Assembly: GCA_004377185.1 (NCBI GenBank)
Contig: SOIM01000036.1
Coordinates: 11,890-75,889, forward strand
Origin: Methanomassiliicoccales archaeon
Lineage (GTDB): Archaea; Thermoplasmatota; Thermoplasmata; RBG-16-68-12; SOIM01
DNA: 64,000 nt
Direction: 5' to 3'
The translations under genes were made by a program, and so were the position numbers. Of the stretch, positions 29,247-37,450 are shown piece after piece (position 1 is the first letter of the stretch; each line of letters opens with the position of its first letter). The notes below the pieces were generated by a model. It was not told the origin of the DNA, made no database searches, and was given only the letters and a program-made list of their open reading frames with translations.

Positions 29247-29798
29247 ATGACATTTGGTATTCTGGCATATGTAATTCTAGCTGGTTACAGACATCCATTT
29301 ATTATCCTTAAGAGCAAACAAGATGTCGGAGGCTCAAACAAGATGAACCCTTTAGTGGGAATTCATGTGGCTCTGGGAGAACTCGGGGCGATAGCATTTC
29401 TGTGGGTATTCGTGGAGCTCCTGGACCCGACGCCAGCTAGAAGAAAGAGGGCACAGATAGTGGCTTTGGTCGGCACCGCGCTTCTAATAAGCTCGTGGGT
29501 AGTGGGCGGTTTTTACTACGTGACCTACTACGGGACCAACGTGAAGCCTGTGATCAAAAGCGGCCCCCAGCCGTGGGCGCACAATGTGTTCATGGAGGTC
29601 AAGGAGCATGTCTTCCTGCTTCTCCCGTTTCTGGCGGTTGTCCTGAACTTCTTACTCTTCGGTGTAGACCCAACAAAGAGGAGGAATAAATCGTCGATGC
29701 TGATACTGTCCCTGGCGGTTTTCGGTCTAGGAATGCTGATGGCCTTGTTGGGGTTCTTGATATCCAGTGGATACCGAGTGGGACTAGGAGGTGTTTGA
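29247..29798 (+). CDS. Integral membrane protein, 4-5 TM.
   Basis: Hydrophobicity pattern. Apparently translationally coupled to the next gene (overlap 29791..29798). Confidence 0.4.
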   Translation: MTFGILAYVILAGYRHPFIILKSKQDVGGSNKMNPLVGIHVALGELGAIAFLWVFVELLDPTPARRKRAQIVALVGTALLISSWVVGGFYYVTYYGTNVKPVIKSGPQPWAHNVFMEVKEHVFLLLPFLAVVLNFLLFGVDPTKRRNKSSMLILSLAVFGLGMLMALLGFLISSGYRVGLGGV

Positions 29799-30138
29799 GA
29801 TGAGTGAGAATGTTGTTTCCTTCAAGATGGAGAAGATGGTGGTCCCCGCCTTCGTTGCCTTGTCGATTGTGGCGCTGTCCATCGCGATGATGACAATTGC
29901 ATCTGAGCTCTCTCACGACTTCAAGGAGTGGTTGGCGTTCCCTGGGCACCACTGGGTAGGCAAAGGCATCCTGGCAGTTGTTATCTTCTTGGTGACCTTC
30001 GCAGTGGTGCTGTTCCTGTCTCGAATCAAGGAAGTTACCAGTAACGTGTGGCTCCTAACGCTGGTCTCCTTGGCGGTCGTTGGGCTCAGTTTTGTCGCTA
30101 TCTGGATTTTCTACGTCCTTCACTTCTTTGAAGGGTAG
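29791..30138 (+). CDS. Integral membrane protein, 3 TM.
   Basis: Hydrophobicity pattern; overlaps the stop of the upstream gene. Confidence 0.4.
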   Translation: MFEMSENVVSFKMEKMVVPAFVALSIVALSIAMMTIASELSHDFKEWLAFPGHHWVGKGILAVVIFLVTFAVVLFLSRIKEVTSNVWLLTLVSLAVVGLSFVAIWIFYVLHFFEG

Positions 30139-30227
30139 GATTCGAACCAAGGGGGGTGGTGTAGGGCACCGTAAGAGCATACATCCCCCTTCTTCCAAAC
30201 CCCCCGGACCTCTTCCTTACTTAGAAC

Positions 30228-30785
30228 TCATTCAAAAGTCCTGAAGGCGTTCTTTTTCGCCTTGCATAGCGGACATTCGTCCGGCGCTTCTCCTTCTACA
30301 GTCCAACCGCAAATCTCACATATCTGGACCGGCCCGAGGTCGACATCATTTCCGCCATCAACGACTTCCTTGGCCTTCGTATACAACTCCTGATGTATCT
30401 TCTCGGCCTCGAGAGCCCAGTTGAAGCTTCTGACGGCTCCTTTCTCATCCTGTTCCTCCGCCACCTTCAGGTAGGACGGATACATCTCCTCGATCTCGAA
30501 GGTCTCACCCTCGATTGCGACCGCCAGGTTGTCTGATGTGCTCTTGAAACCAAATCCGCCTCCAGCGACCGTAAGTCCGCCTTCCACCTCCCTCAGAACC
30601 CGGAAATGGCTCTTGGCATGCATATGCTCAGCGTATGCTATCGCCCTGAACAGTCTCGCCACGTTCGGAAAGCCTTCCTTCTCGGCCTTCTCGGCATATA
30701 TGTCGTATCTGTTCCTGGCCTGACTCTCGCCGGCAAAAGCGCTCTTCAAATTCATCTCTGTCATTGCTCTCATGTCTATCCCCAC
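30228..30785 (-). CDS. rbr: Rubrerythrin (diiron ferritin-like domain + C-terminal rubredoxin-like CxxC...CxxC).
   Basis: E..EHMHA and E..H diiron ligands. C-terminal CEICG...CPLC. Confidence 0.85.
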   Translation of the reverse strand: MGIDMRAMTEMNLKSAFAGESQARNRYDIYAEKAEKEGFPNVARLFRAIAYAEHMHAKSHFRVLREVEGGLTVAGGGFGFKSTSDNLAVAIEGETFEIEEMYPSYLKVAEEQDEKGAVRSFNWALEAEKIHQELYTKAKEVVDGGNDVDLGPVQICEICGWTVEGEAPDECPLCKAKKNAFRTFE

Positions 30786-30920
30786 CTTTTCTTTTCGTAA
30801 TTACGATTCTTTTCCTTCCCACTGCGAATAACACTAATATTTGTTGTCCTTTTCCTGATGCCAATCGAAACAAGCAATAACCAAAAGGGTATTAGGGGGA
30901 AAAGCAGAGGAGGATTTGGT

Positions 30921-32588
30921 ATGGAACACGATAGATATTCCGTCCTAATAGGCGGAGAAGCTGGTCAGGGAACCCGAATGAGCGGAATATTGTTTTCCCA
31001 GATCATGAACAGGGTGGGGAGATATGTCTTTGAGATGGACGATTATCCGTCCTTGATCCGAGGGGGACACAACTTCTCGGTGATCACCTCGTGCGAATCT
31101 CCGATTTACAGCCACTATGACGACCTGGACGTATTCGTCTGCCTGGACGAAAGAAGTTACGATCTTCACATAAAGAAGGTGAAGGAGGATGGAACTCTCA
31201 TTTACAATTCAGAGGCGATCAAAGAGGATGTCAAGGGAATCGGCCTGCCTGTCTACACCTGGGTGAAGGAAGAGGGCAACAGGCCTATCATGGCTGGTAC
31301 GGTAGGAGTCGCGGCCGCGTGTGCCTTGGGAGGAGTGGATTTTGCGGTACTGGAGGATTCATTGAGGAAAGCTTATCCAAAGGTCGCGGAACCGAACGTG
31401 TCGATGGCCAAGAGGACATACGATGCGCTTGCAGATCACATCGGGAAGTACCCCATCAAGATGAAGGATGAGAAGATCGGGGCAATCATGACCGGCAATG
31501 AGGCGATTTCTCTTGGTGCTGTCGCCGGTGGAATGAACGTTTACATCGCTTATCCAATGACACCTGCATCCTCTGTTCTTCACTATCTCGCTGCGAATGC
31601 CGATAGGTTGGGGATAGCTGTCTGCCACCCTGAGAACGAGATCGCCGTGATGAACATGGCATTGGGATGCGCGTACGCAGGTGCCAAGACCATGGTGGGT
31701 TCCAGCGGCGGAGGCTTTGCCCTCATGCAGGAGGCTTTCAGCCTTTGTGGACAATCCGAAATACCAGTCCTTTGTTATCTGGGTACGAGACCCGGCCCAT
31801 CCACTGGGGTGCCAACCTACACATCTCAGGGCGATCTGAACTTCGCCATCTATCAAGGCCACGGAGAGTTCTCGAGGATAGTACTCTCACCTTCTGGGAA
31901 CAATCAGGCTTTCTACAAGACGGCCGAGCTGATGAACCTCCTTTGGAGGTACCAAGTCCCTGGGATATTGCTCACAGAGAAGCACCTGGCTGAGGGCACG
32001 ATGACTACGAACGTGGATGTCGATTCGGTCAAGGAGGAAGAACCGGCAATGTTCGATGGAAAACCCGAGGACTACGAAAGGTACGCGGATACCGAGTCTG
32101 GCATATCACCAATGCTCTTCCCACCCGTCGAGAACGCGGTGATAAAGGCCTCGAGCTATGAACATGATCCAAAAGGCTACACTACCGAGCACCCTGCGGT
32201 CATAGTCCCGTCACTCGAAAAGAGGGAGAGAAAGCGCAAGGCGATCGAAGAAGGATTGAGACAGCTCACAACCGTTGAAACGCACGGGGATGGAAAGGTC
32301 GCACTCGTGACATACGGCTCAACAACTCTTTCTGTGATGGAGGCCGCGAAACATCTGGACAATGTGAGGGTCGTTCAGGTGATCTATCTGGAACCATTCC
32401 CGATCTGGGCCGTGGAGAAGGCATTGGAAGGAGCGGAGAAGGTAATCACCATAGAGTTGAGCATCAGCGGTCAGTTCACCACACTTCTGAAGCACAATGG
32501 GATCGTCGCGGACGCTTCGGTCACGAAGTATGATGGGAGGCCCTTCGACCCGATTGATCTGGCCAACAGGATAAAGGAGGTGATGTGA
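30921..32588 (+). CDS. 2-oxoacid:ferredoxin oxidoreductase alpha subunit (fused gamma/alpha type, KorA-like).
   Basis: Long ORF 30858..32588. The likely start is ATG 30921 (MEHDRYSV), 8 nt downstream of GGAGG. Typical LIGGEAGQG N-terminus and pyruvate-flavodoxin-oxidoreductase-like core. The stop overlaps the beta-subunit start (ATGTGATGG). Confidence 0.8.
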   Translation: MEHDRYSVLIGGEAGQGTRMSGILFSQIMNRVGRYVFEMDDYPSLIRGGHNFSVITSCESPIYSHYDDLDVFVCLDERSYDLHIKKVKEDGTLIYNSEAIKEDVKGIGLPVYTWVKEEGNRPIMAGTVGVAAACALGGVDFAVLEDSLRKAYPKVAEPNVSMAKRTYDALADHIGKYPIKMKDEKIGAIMTGNEAISLGAVAGGMNVYIAYPMTPASSVLHYLAANADRLGIAVCHPENEIAVMNMALGCAYAGAKTMVGSSGGGFALMQEAFSLCGQSEIPVLCYLGTRPGPSTGVPTYTSQGDLNFAIYQGHGEFSRIVLSPSGNNQAFYKTAELMNLLWRYQVPGILLTEKHLAEGTMTTNVDVDSVKEEEPAMFDGKPEDYERYADTESGISPMLFPPVENAVIKASSYEHDPKGYTTEHPAVIVPSLEKRERKRKAIEEGLRQLTTVETHGDGKVALVTYGSTTLSVMEAAKHLDNVRVVQVIYLEPFPIWAVEKALEGAEKVITIELSISGQFTTLLKHNGIVADASVTKYDGRPFDPIDLANRIKEVM

Positions 32589-33424
32589 TGGACTTGGACA
32601 CTCCCATGGAAAACACCTGGTGCCCTGGATGCGGTGACTTCGGACTTCTGAACGCATTCAAGAGGGCCGTTAGGGAACTGGTCGACGAAGGGTTCTGCAA
32701 GAAGGAGGACCTTGTTGTCTCTTCAGGTATTGGATGCCACGGAAAGACCGTGGATTACCTCCACCTGAACAGCTTCTACTCCATTCACGGCAGGGCGATA
32801 ACAACGATTTCAGGAATGAAGTTGGCAAATCCGAATCTGCATGTGATTGCGTTCCAAGGGGACGGAGATGCCCTTGCCGAGGGCATAGGTCACATTGTAC
32901 ATGTGGCCAAGAGGAACATCAACATCACAATGATCGTTTACAACAATGAGGTCTATTCTCTCACGACAGGTCAGTTCACACCCACGAGCAAGAAAGGGTT
33001 CAAAGGAAAGAGCACCCCCAAGGGGAACGTTGAGGAGCCCCTGAGCCCAGCCATGCTGGTATTGGCCTCCGGTGGGACTTTTGTCGCAAGGGGTTTCGTG
33101 GGCAAGATCGATCATTTGAAAGGCATTTTCAAGGAAGCGATAAAGCACGAGGGGTTCTCCTTCGTGGAAGTAATGCAGCCATGCGTGACGTTCCTCAACA
33201 CTTTCAAACTCTGGAGAGAGATGACCTACATCTTGGAGGATCATGATCCTTCGGATTTTGATGCGGCATGGGAAAAGGCTAAGGAAACGGAGAAGCTTCC
33301 GATAGGCATACTCTATCAAACAAAGGCCCCAACATACGAGAAAGAACTTCTGGGATCGTTGATACCCGCCCAACAGAAGAAGGCCCCTTCGGAGGAGATC
33401 AAGGCGATTTTTGCGGAGAGGTAG
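32585..33424 (+). CDS. 2-oxoacid:ferredoxin oxidoreductase beta subunit (TPP-binding).
   Basis: WCPGCGDFG and GDGD...G TPP-binding motifs; 279 aa. Confidence 0.85.
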   Translation: MMDLDTPMENTWCPGCGDFGLLNAFKRAVRELVDEGFCKKEDLVVSSGIGCHGKTVDYLHLNSFYSIHGRAITTISGMKLANPNLHVIAFQGDGDALAEGIGHIVHVAKRNINITMIVYNNEVYSLTTGQFTPTSKKGFKGKSTPKGNVEEPLSPAMLVLASGGTFVARGFVGKIDHLKGIFKEAIKHEGFSFVEVMQPCVTFLNTFKLWREMTYILEDHDPSDFDAAWEKAKETEKLPIGILYQTKAPTYEKELLGSLIPAQQKKAPSEEIKAIFAER

Positions 33425-33504
33425 ACAGGTGGAGTCAGTGAGATCATTCCAACTGTCCAGATGCCACTACGATTAAGTAGCCGTTCGACCCTCCTCAGTT
33501 CTCA

Positions 33505-34452
33505 ATGGAATTCCTCGGCTATGACGAGATTGATCAGCAGGACGCATACGTATTGAACATGATGGCTTTTGGGTGGCCTCTCACCCCCACAAGATTGAAA
33601 GCCCGGGTCAAACATGATGATAGATGGTATGATGACTCACCTCTGTACGCCGTTGTCAAGGGTAAGGCCGTGTCGCAAATCGTGGGATTGAGGATTCCCA
33701 CCAGGACTGTGGATGGAGAGGAAACGGTATTGGGGGTGGCTGGTGTGGCATCGTTGCCCTCACATGCCAGAAGAGGTTATTCCCACAAGCTGTTCGAAGA
33801 GCTCCACAAAAGATTTCTCGAGGAGGGGATCAGGATTGCGTTCCTATGCACTGCCAAGTCATTGGTTGCCTATTCTTTGTACCGCAAGTTCGATTACAGA
33901 GATGTCCAGTCATTTCCCAGGGCTGCAAAACCGTTGGTCAGAAGGAAGAAACCAAAGGGGATTACTTTCAGGAAATACTGGAAGAAGGATGCACCAGAGA
34001 TTGATGCAATCCACAAGCGATTCACGAGAAATCTGTATGGATTTGTCTTGAGGCAGGAGGACTTCATTGGTGCTCGGATCAAGGCGTGGAAGGGTTTGAA
34101 GGATATTCTCTCCGTTGTTGAGACGAAAAAGGGCATTTGCGGTTATGTCATTAAGAGGGAGATGAATGGAGATGTGATTGTCGAGGAATTTGTTGTCCCT
34201 TCAGTCCAGAATTCCGAAAGGATTCTCCGATACCTTGAATCGCAAGAGAAGGGAGATTACATCATGGCTCATTCGCTTGCAGGCAAGAAGCAGATGAACT
34301 ACTTTAGATCGAGGGGATACAGACTGACCCGAGAAACTTGGGACCTGATCATGCTCACTCCGTTGTTAAAATCGCTTTCACAGAGAGAGCTGTCCAGGTT
34401 GTACCAATTCAAAGAGGGGAACTTCTGCATGATGGGTTTGGATACGTTCTAG
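33505..34452 (+). CDS. GNAT-family N-acetyltransferase (Eis-like extended form).
   Basis: Motif-A-like VLGVAGVASLPSHARRGYSHKLFEEL. 315 aa with a C-terminal extension. Confidence 0.55.
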   Translation: MEFLGYDEIDQQDAYVLNMMAFGWPLTPTRLKARVKHDDRWYDDSPLYAVVKGKAVSQIVGLRIPTRTVDGEETVLGVAGVASLPSHARRGYSHKLFEELHKRFLEEGIRIAFLCTAKSLVAYSLYRKFDYRDVQSFPRAAKPLVRRKKPKGITFRKYWKKDAPEIDAIHKRFTRNLYGFVLRQEDFIGARIKAWKGLKDILSVVETKKGICGYVIKREMNGDVIVEEFVVPSVQNSERILRYLESQEKGDYIMAHSLAGKKQMNYFRSRGYRLTRETWDLIMLTPLLKSLSQRELSRLYQFKEGNFCMMGLDTF

Positions 34453-34464
34453 AGCAGATTGGAT

Positions 34465-35052
34465 TTATTTGTTCTGGGCTTTCTTCTTAAGAAATCTCCT
34501 CTCATCCAGCCAGATTCTCCAGGCATATTCGCCTTTTCTGACAAGCAGCAGGAAGAACACCATGCAGAGGATGAAGATCGTGGAAATTACCACAATGTGC
34601 CAGATTGCCGCATCAGGAACGTGATTCTGAAGGTCTATAGCGAAATCTGAGAAAGGCCAGAAGTAGAAGAGGCCGTCTGTGGCTCTCGTGTAACCCAGCG
34701 TGTTGGGCACATCCAGAGCGAAATGGAGGAAGACACCAGAGAAAGCGCAAAGTGCCACGTTCTCTTTTGAATATATGTAGATCCCCAGTGTGATGACCAA
34801 TGCCAGAACTATCCCGATCAGAAAAGAGTGTACCGGTCCTCCGTGAATGTCATGGAAGGCTTGAATTCCCATGAATATCGAGAAGCCGTCAATGTCAGGT
34901 ATGACGGCCGCCAGGGTTAACGCCCTCATCTTGTTGAGGCTGACATTTGCCTTCCGACCAGCGGCGTAGGCGACTATGTAGTGCGAGAAGGGATCCACGA
35001 CGTTCCGAAATAGTACCACTTCAAATAACTTTCCAAGTCGATTCTGTCGCAC
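34465..35052 (-). CDS. Membrane-bound metal-dependent hydrolase-like protein (DUF457/YdjM-like).
   Basis: Polytopic protein with His/Asp-rich loops (FSHYIVAYAAG, HDIHGGPVHSF). Confidence 0.4.
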   Translation of the reverse strand: MRQNRLGKLFEVVLFRNVVDPFSHYIVAYAAGRKANVSLNKMRALTLAAVIPDIDGFSIFMGIQAFHDIHGGPVHSFLIGIVLALVITLGIYIYSKENVALCAFSGVFLHFALDVPNTLGYTRATDGLFYFWPFSDFAIDLQNHVPDAAIWHIVVISTIFILCMVFFLLLVRKGEYAWRIWLDERRFLKKKAQNK

Positions 35053-35524
35053 TGACCACTTCTGGGATGTTTCTCACTGTACGCCCACTTCCTGATTTTC
35101 CTTCTTCATCCAGGAGGAAGCCCCTGATGCCGACTCTCTCTGCTGGCAAAATGTCGTTCAAGTAACTGTCCCCCACGATCAGCGCACGCTCCTTTGGGAT
35201 ACCTCTGGCTTTGAGGAACTTCATCATGTTCTCCCCTTTGTCCCCGTTGATTACGATGTCGGTGAAGTACTCCCGGATGCAGAGTTGTCGAAGAAGAGCG
35301 GGAAGCAATTCCGTCCTGTGTGTTGAGACCACCACCAGGATACAGTTCATTCCTATCAAAACCCCCAGCGTCTGGAGAACCCCATCATTCAGCTCGAAAT
35401 GCTCAGTTGCCCTTTTCAGTGTGTGATCTCCTCCGTCCCAGAAATCGGAATAGCTCTTGCCCTCTCTGGGTACGTACAGAGTTCCCTCCGCGTCGAAGAA
35501 CACAACTCTGCTGTGCTTGTCCAT
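35021..35524 (-). CDS. HAD-superfamily hydrolase/phosphatase.
   Basis: Motif I FFDAEGTL, motif III K..., motif IV IVGDSYLNDI. Confidence 0.65.
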   Translation of the reverse strand: MDKHSRVVFFDAEGTLYVPREGKSYSDFWDGGDHTLKRATEHFELNDGVLQTLGVLIGMNCILVVVSTHRTELLPALLRQLCIREYFTDIVINGDKGENMMKFLKARGIPKERALIVGDSYLNDILPAERVGIRGFLLDEEGKSGSGRTVRNIPEVVSATESTWKVI

Positions 35525-35615
35525 ACTTATTGATAGATTCGTGGTCAGCTACATGGTGTGAACTGAATATAGTTTGAAGGAAAATAATACTATATACAAC
35601 AATAAACATATCGTA

Positions 35616-35628
35616 TGAACATTGTTCA
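35616..35628. promoter_or_regulatory. Perfect palindrome TGAACA-T-TGTTCA, about 25 nt downstream of the TATA-like ATACTATATAC (35588-35598) and 18 nt upstream of the first CARF gene; candidate operator overlapping the predicted TSS.
   Basis: Seen directly in the sequence. Position relative to the TATA box follows archaeal promoter geometry. Confidence 0.35.
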
Positions 35629-35646
35629 AACAATAGGAGATAGAAT

Positions 35647-36285
35647 ATGACCGTACTGTTCGGGACACTGGGATGGAGACCTCAGAGCCTCACACCATCG
35701 ATAAGAACCACACCCAACATAGAGAGTCTGTACTTCTACCACAGCGAACACAAGAAAAGTATCGAGGCAAAGGACAGGGTGGTCGAATACTGCAACGGCA
35801 TTGGTCTCCCGGTAGTCCCCATTCAACTGTCCGATGCGTTCAATCTCGTTGAGATTGCCAAGAAGATCAAGGAGGACATAAGAAAGGTCAAATCGGAAGG
35901 GCGTTCGATAGCCCGTTTCAACATTGCTGGCGGTACCAGATTGATGAGCTCCGCGGCTCTACTCGTTTGTATACTGGAGGGGATTCCAACGATCTACGTT
36001 CATGACGAAACCTTTGAGGAGATCCAGTTGCCTTTGCTGCAGATCGAGTATTCGTCAGGGCTTACAACCAGACAGAAGGAGATACTGGACCACATGCGCA
36101 AGTCCAAGAATGAGACATTCACCCAGACCGAGCTGGCGAAGGAAATGAAGATTCATAAGGCTACGATGAACCATCACATCACCGAGCTGAGGAAGAAGGG
36201 GATGATACTGGTTTCCAAGGATGAGAATGATGAGAGGTTGAAGAACATTAGACTGGCACCTTCTGTGGACCTCCTGCTGGAGTGA
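35647..36285 (+). CDS. Csa3-like CARF-domain + winged-HTH transcription regulator.
   Basis: N-terminal strand VLFGTLGW and the CARF core signature NIAGGTRLMSSAALLVC ([DN]-x-[ST]-x-x-x-[RK] followed by a small-residue helix). C-terminal wHTH TQTELAKEMKIHKATMNHHITELRKKGMI. Same domain order as Sulfolobus Csa3, recalled from memory. AGGAGA sits 7 nt upstream of the ATG. Confidence 0.6.
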   Translation: MTVLFGTLGWRPQSLTPSIRTTPNIESLYFYHSEHKKSIEAKDRVVEYCNGIGLPVVPIQLSDAFNLVEIAKKIKEDIRKVKSEGRSIARFNIAGGTRLMSSAALLVCILEGIPTIYVHDETFEEIQLPLLQIEYSSGLTTRQKEILDHMRKSKNETFTQTELAKEMKIHKATMNHHITELRKKGMILVSKDENDERLKNIRLAPSVDLLLE

Positions 36286-36923
36286 TTCTGTTGGGAGCTC
36301 TCCGAGTTCTTCTGACTACATTTGGTTTTGATGAAGGCAAGATAATTGCCACGATGAGGATGCTGGCCTATGACAAGCTGGTTGTCATCACGGGACAGGA
36401 CTCTCTACAGAAGAAGGGCTACAACCGTCTCCTGGAGATAGAATCCAGTGCCCCGAACAGCATGGAGACAATCGTCGTAGATGTGTTCGATTTCATGGAC
36501 TGCTTCCGGAAGGTGGATGAGACAATCGCGAAATATGACCTGCCCGGGAACGAAGTGATACTGAACATCAGCGGAGGGACGAAGGTGCTCTCAGATGCGG
36601 CCTTGCTGGCAGGTTTTCAGAACGGTATCAAAACTTTCCATTGCGAAGAGGATCTGATTGAACTGCCGGTGATTATCGGCTTCAGCGTCACGGAGCGATT
36701 CACTCCGTTGCAAAGGGGATTACTTCGGGAGATGAGCGCCCCAGTGGAAGTCAAGAAGCTCGAGGCCAAGCTTACGAAGAAGGGATACCCCTTGTCGTCA
36801 GTTCAAAGGGCGGTGAGGGAACTGAAGAAGCTGGACATTCTGGGTGTGGACCTGAGCAAGAAGGGGATCCACCTGTATCTGAAGGAATCCCACCAGTATT
36901 TCCGGGAAGCTCTAGCAGGTTGA
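36282..36923 (+). CDS. Second Csa3-like CARF + wHTH regulator (paralog), GTG start overlapping the upstream stop.
   Basis: LLTTFGFDEG strand-1. LNISGGTKVLSDAALLAGF CARF signature. C-terminal helix-turn-helix LQRGLLREM...SSVQRAVRELKKLDILG. Confidence 0.55.
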   Translation: MILLGALRVLLTTFGFDEGKIIATMRMLAYDKLVVITGQDSLQKKGYNRLLEIESSAPNSMETIVVDVFDFMDCFRKVDETIAKYDLPGNEVILNISGGTKVLSDAALLAGFQNGIKTFHCEEDLIELPVIIGFSVTERFTPLQRGLLREMSAPVEVKKLEAKLTKKGYPLSSVQRAVRELKKLDILGVDLSKKGIHLYLKESHQYFREALAG

Positions 36924-36976
36924 TGCAAAACCTATATTACGCCAAATGACCTTTCAAATCAAGAGGAGGAGAGTCG

Positions 36977-37450
36977 CTGAAGGTCTACATAACTCTCGCA
37001 GGACAAGCGGAATGGGCTATGCCCAACTCTCTGTGGGCCAGCATTAGAGATCATGGTTACATTCCGGATAGAGTATACATCTGCAGTTCGAAGAAGAATG
37101 TAAAGGGCGCATCCAAGAACAAGGAGAGAGTTTCCGCTCTCCTGGAAGGTTATGACAGAAAAGTGACCGTCTCGATAGTGGAGATACCCGAGAACAATTT
37201 TGTGGAGATAGGGAATACGATAGCCGATATCGTGAAGAGGGAGAAGAAAGCAAGGAACGAGGTCGCTCTTGACATAACATCTGCGAGAAAAGCCATTGCC
37301 AGTCCTGCCCTCATCGTTGCAGACAAGTACAAGGCCGACCACATCTTCTATCTGTACATCGAGGACGTGACCAACGCCAACAGGCCCTACATGATGATTC
37401 CGATGAAGATACAGCATTCGAACGATTTCCTTTCAGGGGGGAAGGGATGA
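36977..37450 (+). CDS. Stand-alone CARF-domain protein (no HTH). The first ATG is at 37019, but the conserved CARF strand-1 (VYITLAGQAEW) lies upstream, so a CTG start at 36977 is proposed.
   Basis: ALDITSARKAIASPALIVA matches the CARF [DN]-x-[ST]-x-x-x-[RK] signature. The upstream in-frame LKVYITLAGQ parallels strand-1 of the two Csa3-like genes. GAGGAGG at 36963-36969 sits 7 nt before CTG 36977. TATA-like CTATATTA at 36932-36939. Confidence 0.45.
   Translation: MKVYITLAGQAEWAMPNSLWASIRDHGYIPDRVYICSSKKNVKGASKNKERVSALLEGYDRKVTVSIVEIPENNFVEIGNTIADIVKREKKARNEVALDITSARKAIASPALIVADKYKADHIFYLYIEDVTNANRPYMMIPMKIQHSNDFLSGGKG

Noticed and set aside
31359-33373. Minus-strand ORFs 31359..31862, 32319..32657 and 32810..33373.
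   Set aside because: They are antisense to the well-supported 2-oxoacid:ferredoxin oxidoreductase alpha and beta genes.
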